Positions 8,117 through 15,714 of a DNA stretch of 39,631 nucleotides are shown here, piece by piece. This DNA comes from a virus (lineage: Duplodnaviria > Caudoviricetes). Below the pieces are notes generated by a model. It saw nothing but the letters and a program-made list of their open reading frames with translations, had not been told where the DNA came from and did not search any database. The position numbers were made by a program, and so were the translations under genes. Location of the stretch: the IMG/VR virus record IMGVR_UViG_3300011337_000090, positions 1 through 39,631 of that record. One strand, written 5' to 3'. Every line of letters starts with the position of its first letter. Within the stretch, counting starts at the first letter, position 1.

Positions 8117-8234
8117 GGATAACTCCAAAGTGATGCCCGAGACAGTCGAGGCCGCTGGTGTACGTTGAAGGATGTTAACGCTACACTGCACAGGATTCTA
8201 CACTGAGTGTAAAACCCTACACGGTGAAGGGTCA

Positions 8235-8411
8235 TTACCAGCCCTTTTTGGCTTGTGCCGCTTGTTTCTTTTCGATCCATTGCTGAGTGGACCATAGTGG
8301 ACGGTCCGACCAGATAATGGCGGTATGTTGCCAGTGCTTGATCGCATAACGCATCGCAGCATAAATGCTATTGAAGTTTTTAGACAAACCGGAGTGAGTT
8401 ACTGTGAACAT
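8235..8411 (-). CDS. 58-aa early protein
   Basis: TAAGGAG RBS; MFTVTHSGLSKNFNSIYAAMRYAIKHWQ...KKGW. Confidence 0.65.
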   Translation of the reverse strand: MFTVTHSGLSKNFNSIYAAMRYAIKHWQHTAIIWSDRPLWSTQQWIEKKQAAQAKKGW

Positions 8412-8436
8412 TTGAAGCTCCTTAAAAGGTGAAGGG

Positions 8437-8517
8437 TCACTTGACCAGATACCAGCTCAGACCATCATCATCTGAGTAATACCATGCTTGGAAGTATTCA
8501 TTGTACAGGTATTTCAT
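8437..8517 (-). CDS. 26-aa aromatic-rich micropeptide
   Basis: GGGAG RBS; MKYLYNEYFQAWYYSDDDGLSWYLVK. Confidence 0.5.
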   Translation of the reverse strand: MKYLYNEYFQAWYYSDDDGLSWYLVK

Positions 8518-8519
8518 GG

Positions 8520-8645
8520 TTAGACTCCCAAGGCCAGCAAGACACCCCAAAGGGCGAACACTGCAAGGCATGCGATGGTTATGATGATGCCCTGAACGGG
8601 TGATTCTTTGGGTTCGACTGGCGGGATGTAATTGTGGTGAGACAT
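8520..8645 (-). CDS. 41-aa single-pass membrane peptide
   Basis: MSHHNYIPPVEPKESPVQGIIITIACLAVFALWGVLLALGV. Confidence 0.55.
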   Translation of the reverse strand: MSHHNYIPPVEPKESPVQGIIITIACLAVFALWGVLLALGV

Positions 8646-8711
8646 TGTTTGCTTTCAGTTGGTGATTGATGTTTGGATTATGGCCCCGTTTGAGGCCGTG
8701 TGTATAGGTGT

Positions 8712-8903
8712 TTACCCTTGGTTAGCAATAGCGTTGACTGCCTCGGCCTTGGTTGCATACAGGTAGCTCAACCGTGCGCCTTGACCGTACACCAGATCAA
8801 CTGACCAGCCGTGGCCATTCTTGGTGACCGTGTATTGCACCAGCTCACCTGCCTTGGTGTGACCAGTGACCGTGTAGCCTTGGCTGTCGCGTGTGGTTTT
8901 CAT
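8712..8903 (-). CDS. First early gene, 63-aa hypothetical
   Basis: GGAG RBS; ATG at 8903 (MKTTRDSQGY), downstream of the promoter at 8936-8963. Confidence 0.7.
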   Translation of the reverse strand: MKTTRDSQGYTVTGHTKAGELVQYTVTKNGHGWSVDLVYGQGARLSYLYATKAEAVNAIANQG

Positions 8904-8935
8904 GATGTGTGCTCCGTTGCGTTGTTGATGTGTCA

Positions 8936-8963
8936 AGTATACACCACCTGAGCCACTTGTCAA
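8936..8963 (-). promoter_or_regulatory. Sigma70-type early promoter
   Basis: TTGACA-agtggctcaggtggtg(16)-TATACT. Confidence 0.85.
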
Positions 8964-8979
8964 GCATCTATCACCATTC

Positions 8980-9000
8980 AATTGTAACAGTTTGTAACAG
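8980..9000. promoter_or_regulatory. TGTAAC-N4-TGTAAC direct-repeat box upstream of -35
   Basis: AATTGTAACAGTTTGTAACAG. Confidence 0.55.
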
Positions 9001-9014
9001 ACTTTAGCATGAGC

Positions 9015-9077
9015 TGGTGACTCAGGTGGTGACTCAGGTGGTGACTCAGGTGGTGACTCAGGTGGTGACTCAGGTGG
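9015..9077 (+). repeat. Perfect tandem repeat, 12-bp unit TGGTGACTCAGG x5.25
   Basis: Five exact copies plus TGG, no spacers. Confidence 0.97.
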
Positions 9078-9108
9078 GCGTTATAGGCACCTGCATCGCC
9101 TCTCACAC

Positions 9109-9156
9109 ACACTACCTATAGTGTACCCTACCCAGTCCAGACACTACCTATAGTGT
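9109..9156. repeat. Two copies of the 16-bp hairpin-like motif ACACTACCTATAGTGT
   Basis: At 9109-9124 and 9141-9156; ACACTA/TAGTGT arms. Confidence 0.85.
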
Positions 9157-9548
9157 TTACAATGTGACTGCTTAGACTATACAATGACTAGACAATACAG
9201 TCAGAGACTAGACTGACCAGTATAATTATGACTACTCAGTATCTTTTGTGACTATGAAGTCATGGGGGGAGGGGTGAGGCTTTAGTGTTTATCTTTGCAG
9301 GAGCCTCTAACGCTCACAAAAAAGACCATAAAGGACTTAATTGGGGACAGATTAGATACGATCACTTAAAGCGCTAAGTAGTTGATCGACAAAGAAAAGT
9401 AGACAGACTAGACAATCCTTCGAGTACATGGGCATAAATGTAGGAAGTAGAGACTCTAAAGGACTGGAAAGCGTACACTGAAAGCAGTGTCAAAGAAGTG
9501 TCTAAGTGTAAAAAATGTAAATATTTGTAACAAAGATGAAGAAATAGC

Positions 9549-9576
9549 TTGACTTATAAAAAAAGTAGTGTATAAT
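9549..9576 (+). promoter_or_regulatory. Sigma70-type promoter for the packaging/structural arm
   Basis: TTGACT-N16-TATAAT. Confidence 0.8.
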
Positions 9577-9669
9577 AAATGTAGTCTTTAAAGTGACGAG
9601 GAAGGTGATGGACTCCTAAGTTGCTAAGACGAATCTGCACAGTTGATACAACGAATGTAGACGTAACCT

Positions 9670-9810
9670 AGATGTCTAAGAAGCATAGAAGTTACATACT
9701 ATAAGTTACTTATAATTAGTACTTATAATATTTAACTTATAAAGTTCTTTATGTTTTAGATACTTTAGAGTACTTTAAGTGCATAGATGATTGATGTCTT
9801 AAAGACACCT
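9670..9810. other. AT-rich palindrome-rich block B (inverted counterpart of block A)
   Basis: ACATACTATAAGTTACTTATA at 9694-9714; also shares AAGCATAGAAG, AGTACTTATA and CATAGATG with the reverse complement of block A. Confidence 0.5.
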
Positions 9811-9819
9811 AGTGATAGG

Positions 9820-9872
9820 CTTGAAGCACTTTTAACGGTGAGTGTGTCTTGAACACCGTTTACCTTTTCAAG
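9820..9872 (+). ncRNA. Candidate cis-regulatory pseudoknot leader, copy 1
   Basis: P1 CTTGAA/TTCAAG; GCACT; P2 AACGGTG/CACCGTT; loop AGTGTGTCTTGAA pairs with GCACT; abuts the RBS. Confidence 0.6.
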
Positions 9873-9882
9873 AGGAATCAAC

Positions 9883-10287
9883 ATGAAACAATGCTCCGTA
9901 TGTGGACAATTCAAAGAGTTGTCTAAAAGTAATTTCTATCCGTCTCTTCGTGAACATGACGGGTTCCACCATACATGTCGTACATGTAGTGTCGATAAGT
10001 TTAAGAACAAAGAACAAAAACGAGATAACGCTTACTTTTCAGCACAAGGTAACATTCAGTTAGCTAGAAAAGAAAAGAAGGAAGAGAACCTTCTGAACTA
10101 CATCAACGGATTGAAAAAGTGCTCTCGGTGTGAAGAAGTCAAGCCGCTTAGTAACTTTTACAAGAATAGTAAAACTTCCGATAAATTAACTTCTTGGTGC
10201 AAATGCTGCACAAAGGAACGACACCTTGCGTATCAGCGAGATAATGTTGTAAAGGAACAATATGACAACAGAGGTACAGACCACTGA
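9883..10287 (+). CDS. Tandem Zn-finger protein (endonuclease-type DNA-binding modules, no evident nuclease domain)
   Basis: CSVC...F...DG...CRTC and CSRC...FYK...CKCC. Confidence 0.7.
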   Translation: MKQCSVCGQFKELSKSNFYPSLREHDGFHHTCRTCSVDKFKNKEQKRDNAYFSAQGNIQLARKEKKEENLLNYINGLKKCSRCEEVKPLSNFYKNSKTSDKLTSWCKCCTKERHLAYQRDNVVKEQYDNRGTDH

Positions 10288-10654
10288 GATAGTAAAGCCT
10301 AAGCTTCGCGGCAAAGGCAGACCTCCTAAGTCCGATTTACAGGCCGTTAAAGACCGTACAAAAGGTAAGGTAGGTCGCCCTGCCGGTGACGCTGCTAGGC
10401 TTCAAGAGTTCAAGGAACGATTACTCGCCACTGGTGGTAGTCGTATTCTAGACAAGATGGTAGAGATTGCCATGACCGATGGACATCCCGGACAAATGGC
10501 TGCAATGAAGTTAGCTGTTGATCGAATCCTTCCTGTGTCTATGTTTGACGCAGCTAAACAGGCTGGTGGAGTCCCTCAAATCAGCATCAATATTACTGGC
10601 CTGAATACACCCACTGTAAGCAGTGTTAGCGATGAGGACATAATCGATGTCTGA
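10262..10654 (+). CDS. terS: Terminase small subunit (putative)
   Basis: Directly upstream of and overlapping terL; GRPPK/GRPAG motifs; C-terminal ISINITG...DIIDV. Confidence 0.75.
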   Translation: MTTEVQTTEIVKPKLRGKGRPPKSDLQAVKDRTKGKVGRPAGDAARLQEFKERLLATGGSRILDKMVEIAMTDGHPGQMAAMKLAVDRILPVSMFDAAKQAGGVPQISINITGLNTPTVSSVSDEDIIDV

Positions 10655-11903
10655 ACTTAACTTTGCCCTTCTGAATTGGCAACAGACTGTCTTTAAAGAC
10701 ACTCATCGTTTCAAGGTCGTAGCCGCTGGTCGTCGCTGTGGTAAGTCCCGTCTGTCCGCCGTGACGCTCCTTATCGAGGCTCTGAACTGCCCCGAAGGGT
10801 CAGCAGTGATGTACATTGCTCCTACTCTTGGACAGGCCCGGACGATCATCTGGGACTTGCTGCATGACTTAGGTCGTCCAGTGATTAAGTCCTCCCACAT
10901 TAACAACTTAGAGATTACCCTTGTCAACGGAAGAAAGATTCTGGTTAGAGGTGCTGATAACCCCGATAGTCTTCGTGGTGTGTCCCTTACTTATGTGGTA
11001 CTGGACGAATGTGCTTTCATTAAGCAGGAGATTTGGGAGAAGGTTATCCGTGCTGCTTTGTCGGATAAGAAAGGTAGAGCACTATTCATTTCTACTCCAT
11101 CGGGCCGTAACTGGTTCTACGATGCCTTCAAGCTCGGTAAGGACGAAGGCGATGAAGAGTGGAAGTCATGGCACTTTACTACCCAAGACAACGAAACCAT
11201 CGACCCCAAGGAAATCGAAGCAGCCAAGCGAACACTGAGTTCCTTCGCCTTTAAGCAGGAATACCTGTCCAGCTTCGATACCTCAGGTTCTGATATCTTC
11301 AAAGAACACTGGATCAAAAAAGGTCCAGAGCCCAAGGATGGTTCCTACATCATCGCTATTGACTTGGCAGGCTTTGAAGACATCTCAGAAGGTTCCCAGA
11401 ACAAGAAAAGACTAGACGAATCAGCTATTGCTGTCGTGAAGGTCTCAGACGATGGAACTTGGTGGGTAGACAAGATTGAGCATGGACGCTGGGATATCAA
11501 AGATACCTGTATGCGTATCCTGAAGAACATCAAGGACTATCAGCCTCTTGCTGTAGGGATTGAGCGAGGAACAGCCAAGAACGCTGCTTTGACGATTCTA
11601 CAGGACATGATGAGGCAGTACAACACCTTTGCACACATTCAGACACTCACTCACGGAAACAAGAAGAAAGCTGACCGTATCATCTGGGCCTTACAAGGAC
11701 GGATGGAACACGGCAAGGTTATCCTAAATGAGGACGAAGAATGGAGTGACTTCGAGGACCAGCTCTTGATGTTTCCTACCAAAGGTGTACATGATGACTT
11801 GGTGGATGCTCTTGCCTACGTTGAACAACTCGCCCTTAACTCCTTTGTCCCAGATTACGACGAAGATGAGTATGAGGTTTATGACGCTATAAGTGGATAT
11901 TAA
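10647..11903 (+). CDS. terL: Terminase large subunit
   Basis: Walker A GRRCGKS, Walker B VVLDE, ISTPSG, nuclease IDLAG...DESA...HDDLVDA. Confidence 0.96.
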   Translation: MSELNFALLNWQQTVFKDTHRFKVVAAGRRCGKSRLSAVTLLIEALNCPEGSAVMYIAPTLGQARTIIWDLLHDLGRPVIKSSHINNLEITLVNGRKILVRGADNPDSLRGVSLTYVVLDECAFIKQEIWEKVIRAALSDKKGRALFISTPSGRNWFYDAFKLGKDEGDEEWKSWHFTTQDNETIDPKEIEAAKRTLSSFAFKQEYLSSFDTSGSDIFKEHWIKKGPEPKDGSYIIAIDLAGFEDISEGSQNKKRLDESAIAVVKVSDDGTWWVDKIEHGRWDIKDTCMRILKNIKDYQPLAVGIERGTAKNAALTILQDMMRQYNTFAHIQTLTHGNKKKADRIIWALQGRMEHGKVILNEDEEWSDFEDQLLMFPTKGVHDDLVDALAYVEQLALNSFVPDYDEDEYEVYDAISGY

Positions 11904-11906
11904 ACA

Positions 11907-13895
11907 ATGGAAGACAATTTAGAAACAAGTCAGTATGACGAACCTACAGAGTCGGATAAAGAACTGACTGAGTGGGTTGTCTCCCACACTGACAAGTGGC
12001 GCGATTACCGTGACCAGAACTACCTTGATGATTGGCTTGAGTATGAGCGTATCTTCCGTGGTCAGTGGGCCGCTGAAGACCGTACCCGTGACTCCGAACG
12101 TAGCCGTATCATCTCCCCTGCTACTCAGCAGGCTATTGAGACCCGCCACGCTGAGATCATGGAAGCTATCTTTGGTCAAGGTGAATGGTTCGATATTGAA
12201 GATGACATCAAGGACGTTAACGGTACGCCGTTAGACGTTGAGCAGTTAAAAGCTCAGTTGATGGAAGACTTCAACCGTGACAAGATCAAGAAAGCTGTCG
12301 ATCAGATTGAGTTGATGGCTGAGATTTACGGTACAGGTATCGGCGAAATCGCAGTTAAGACCGAGAAAGAATACGCTCCTGCAACTCAGGCTATTCCCGG
12401 CGTACAAGGCCAAGCAGCTATTGGTGTGGTCGAGAAAGACCGTATCGCTGTCAAGCTGGTTCCTGTGAACCCTAAGAACTTCCTGATCGACCCTAATGCT
12501 ACATCCTTTGATGACGCTATGGGTTGCGCTATCGAGAAGTTCGTATCGGTACACAAGATCGTCGAAGGCATGGAGCGTGGTATCTATCGCAAGATTGATT
12601 TAGGCACTGATGGTCCTGATGATGACTTGGAAGCTACCGAAGAATCAGTACAGTATCAAGACAACCGTGTCCGTTTGTTGACTTACTATGGTTTGGTTCC
12701 TCGTGAATACTTGGAGCAGCTTGAGAACGAAGAAGCAGAAGTTGAAGACCTTTTCCCAGAGGACTCCTTAGCTGACGAATACTCGGAACTGGTTGAAGCT
12801 ATTGTGGTCATCGCTAACGGCGGTAAGCTCCTGAAGGCTGAAGCTAATCCCTACATGATGAAGGACCGTCCTGTCATGTTGTACCAAGACGATACAGTCC
12901 CCGGACGTGTATGGGGTCGTGGTACAGCGGAGAAGGCCTACAACATGCAGAAGGCCATTGACGGTAGTTTGCGTATGGACAGCGATGCCCGAGCCTTGAC
13001 AGCCGTTCCCATGATGGCTATGGACGCTACTCGCTTGCCTCGTGGTGCTAAGTTTGAGGTTAAACCCGGTAAAGCGTTCCTGACCAACGGCGATCCTAAC
13101 CAGATCATGATGCCTTTGCGCTTCGGAACACCTGATGACTCCTCTGTTCGAGCCTCTCAGAACTACGAACGACTCCTCTTGCAAGCTACAGGTACTGTTG
13201 ACAGTGCAGGAATGCCTTCAGCGGTTCCTCGTGACGCTGGTGCAGGTGGCATGTCGATGGCAATGGCTGGCATTATCAAGAAATACAAGCGTACATTGAC
13301 GAACTTCCAAGAAGATTTCTTGATTCCGTTCATCAACAAAGCCGCTTGGCGCTATATGCAGTTCGATCCTGAGCGTTACCCTTCTGTAGACGTTAAATTC
13401 GTGCCTACAGCTACCTTGGGTATCTTGGCTCGTGAGTTTGAACAGCAGCAATTCATCGCATTGTTGCAGACATTAGGACCAGACACTCCAGTTCTGCCTC
13501 TGATTCTCAAGGGAATCTTGGGTAACAGCTCCTTGAGCAACCGAAATGAACTGATTGCAGCTCTGGAACAGATGAGTCAACCCAATCCTGAGGCTCAGCA
13601 GCAGCAACAGATGGCTCAACAAGCAGCTATGGCTAAGTTGCAGGCTGATTTGGCCCTCTTGCAGGCCCAGACTCAAAAGGCAGCCGCAGAAGCACAGCAA
13701 ACAATGGTTGAAACTCAGCTCATGCCTGAAGAGTTGCGCGTAAAAGTGGTACAAGCCGCTGCTACGAACCTCGATCAGGATGCTGATTTTGCTAAACGTA
13801 TGAAGTTGGCTGATTTGATGCTCAAAGAGAAGGATATTGACTCGAACGAGCGAATTAGTATTATGCAAATGCAATCTAAAAATAAGGCAACTTGA
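11907..13895 (+). CDS. Portal protein with coiled-coil barrel
   Basis: 662 aa after terL; YGTGIG, PGRVWGRGTAE; Gln/Ala-rich C-terminal coil. Confidence 0.88.
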   Translation: MEDNLETSQYDEPTESDKELTEWVVSHTDKWRDYRDQNYLDDWLEYERIFRGQWAAEDRTRDSERSRIISPATQQAIETRHAEIMEAIFGQGEWFDIEDDIKDVNGTPLDVEQLKAQLMEDFNRDKIKKAVDQIELMAEIYGTGIGEIAVKTEKEYAPATQAIPGVQGQAAIGVVEKDRIAVKLVPVNPKNFLIDPNATSFDDAMGCAIEKFVSVHKIVEGMERGIYRKIDLGTDGPDDDLEATEESVQYQDNRVRLLTYYGLVPREYLEQLENEEAEVEDLFPEDSLADEYSELVEAIVVIANGGKLLKAEANPYMMKDRPVMLYQDDTVPGRVWGRGTAEKAYNMQKAIDGSLRMDSDARALTAVPMMAMDATRLPRGAKFEVKPGKAFLTNGDPNQIMMPLRFGTPDDSSVRASQNYERLLLQATGTVDSAGMPSAVPRDAGAGGMSMAMAGIIKKYKRTLTNFQEDFLIPFINKAAWRYMQFDPERYPSVDVKFVPTATLGILAREFEQQQFIALLQTLGPDTPVLPLILKGILGNSSLSNRNELIAALEQMSQPNPEAQQQQQMAQQAAMAKLQADLALLQAQTQKAAAEAQQTMVETQLMPEELRVKVVQAAATNLDQDADFAKRMKLADLMLKEKDIDSNERISIMQMQSKNKAT

Positions 13896-13900
13896 AAAAG

Positions 13901-13950
13901 CTGTTAGCACTCTTAGGGTAGTGTGCCTGAAACCCTAATCTTTTTAACAG
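13901..13950 (+). ncRNA. Candidate cis-regulatory pseudoknot leader, copy 2
   Basis: P1 CTGTTA/TAACAG; GCACT; P2 TTAGGGT/ACCCTAA; loop AGTGTGCCTGAA; P1 3' arm overlaps the AGGAG RBS. Confidence 0.6.
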
Positions 13951-13959
13951 GAGATCAAA

Positions 13960-14343
13960 ATGAAACAATGTGCATTATGCGAGGTTGAAAAACCGCTATC
14001 TGAGTTTTCTAAGAATAAAAGATATAAAGATGGTTATTACAAACACTGTAAGAACTGTCATTATGAACATTATGGAAGACACAATCATATTTTAAAAACT
14101 TATGGACTTACAAAAGAAGATTATTTACTTCTTTTAAGTAAACAAAAGTATATGTGTTTTGGATGCGGAGCAGACCACACAGAAGATAAACGAGGACGTT
14201 TATTTGTAGATCATTGCCATACTTCAGGAAAAGTTAGAGGTTTATTATGTCAGGGTTGCAATTTTGCGCTAGGTGCAATAAAAGATAACACTGATACTTT
14301 AAAAAACTTAATTAAATATCTGGAGGATGCAAATGGATCGTGA
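13960..14343 (+). CDS. Endonuclease VII-type HNH homing endonuclease
   Basis: N-terminal Zn finger; YGLT, CFGC, VDHCHTSGKVRGLLCQGCNFALG; AT-rich. Confidence 0.9.
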   Translation: MKQCALCEVEKPLSEFSKNKRYKDGYYKHCKNCHYEHYGRHNHILKTYGLTKEDYLLLLSKQKYMCFGCGADHTEDKRGRLFVDHCHTSGKVRGLLCQGCNFALGAIKDNTDTLKNLIKYLEDANGS

Positions 14344-14572
14344 ATTAGAACATTATTATACGGAAACCTTCAGCATGATGTCCACTCAAGGGTGGTCATT
14401 CTTGCTCGAAGACCTCGAAAAGTTAAAGCAAGAGCTAGAAAATATCCGCACGGTAAAGGACGCACAATCATTATCTTATCGTCAAGGCCAGTTGGATATT
14501 CTAGACCTTATTTTAAACCGCAAGAAGACTTGTGAAGAAGTTTATGAGCAATTGTTACAGGAGGCACAGTAA
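14333..14572 (+). CDS. Post-portal hypothetical protein
   Basis: GGAGG RBS; MDRELEHYY...GW...RQGQLDIL. Confidence 0.75.
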   Translation: MDRELEHYYTETFSMMSTQGWSFLLEDLEKLKQELENIRTVKDAQSLSYRQGQLDILDLILNRKKTCEEVYEQLLQEAQ

Positions 14573-14814
14573 TGCGTCGAATGTTTGAATTTGTTTGTGA
14601 AGATGGACACATCTCTGAAGCATTAGTGGATGAAACCGTCAGGGAACTCGCTTGTCGAGCCTGCGGTAAGCATTCAACAAGAATTGTTTCCAGTGTTCGA
14701 TGTAACTTGGAAGGCATCACAGGTGCTTTTCCGGGTGCATATGACGCATGGGAACGCAAACGAAGTGAGAAGCTGAAGCAAGAGAGGAAAGCCTCTTACG
14801 CTGTTCCAGAATAA
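14572..14814 (+). CDS. FmdB-like zinc-ribbon protein
   Basis: MRRMFEFVCEDGH...CRACG...RIVS. Confidence 0.7.
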   Translation: MRRMFEFVCEDGHISEALVDETVRELACRACGKHSTRIVSSVRCNLEGITGAFPGAYDAWERKRSEKLKQERKASYAVPE

Positions 14815-14897
14815 CACTTCAAAACGGGTAAGTACTGAGCAATCAGTATTCACATTTCATAGTCCTATAATCTCATTAGAGACAGGAGAATAATAGT

Positions 14898-15683
14898 ATG
14901 GCACTTATTGAGCAAGAATCGTTTGACCCAACACTGGACACGATTGATGAAGAACAACCCCAAGAGACTCCCGTTGTAGAGGAACAACCTCAAGAGGTCG
15001 TGGTAGAGAAAGTAATTCCTGATAAATACAAAGACAAGTCCTTAGAGGATATTGTTAAGATGCACCAAGAAGCTGAAAAGATGATTGGGAGGCAAGCACA
15101 GGAAGTACACGAAGTACGTTCATTAGCGGACCAGTTACTCAAACGGCAACTCGAAGCAGATAAAGGCACTACTGTTGAAAGTGCGCCCGAAGTTGATTTC
15201 TTTGAGAACCCTCAAGACTCAATTAAACGTGCAATCGAAAACAACCCCGCAGTTCTAGAAGCTAAACAAGCTAACCTTGAGCTAAAGCGTATGAAGACAG
15301 CGCAACAACTTGCATCCAAACATCCTGACTTTGGCACTATTGCCAACGACACTGGATTTCAGGAGTGGGTGAAAGCAAGCCCTATTCGTATGAGTCTTTA
15401 TGCTAAAGCAGATGCTGAGTTTGACTTCCCGGCAGCGGACGAACTCTTGAGCACATACAAAGAGTTGAAACAGGTTCGCAACAACAACGTACAGGAAACT
15501 GGTAAGAAGCAACAAGCACAAGCTTTAAAGGCCGCTAGTGTGGATACAAGTGGTTCTGGCGAAGTTGCAAAGAAAATTTATCGTCGTGCGGATTTAATCC
15601 GTCTTAAGATGACTGACCCAGATCGTTATGAGCAGCTTCAACCCGAAATCATGGCTGCTTATGCACAGGGTCGAGTTAAATAA
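14898..15683 (+). CDS. Capsid scaffolding protein (putative)
   Basis: Acidic N-terminus, PDKYKDKS, coiled coil, C-terminal AYAQGRVK; directly precedes the capsid gene. Confidence 0.8.
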   Translation: MALIEQESFDPTLDTIDEEQPQETPVVEEQPQEVVVEKVIPDKYKDKSLEDIVKMHQEAEKMIGRQAQEVHEVRSLADQLLKRQLEADKGTTVESAPEVDFFENPQDSIKRAIENNPAVLEAKQANLELKRMKTAQQLASKHPDFGTIANDTGFQEWVKASPIRMSLYAKADAEFDFPAADELLSTYKELKQVRNNNVQETGKKQQAQALKAASVDTSGSGEVAKKIYRRADLIRLKMTDPDRYEQLQPEIMAAYAQGRVK

Positions 15684-15714
15684 CATTTATTTTTGAAATT
15701 ATAGGAGTATTCAA

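Noticed and set aside
9015-9077. Possible CRISPR mini-array
   Set aside because: The 12-bp units are contiguous with no spacers, and there are no cas genes.
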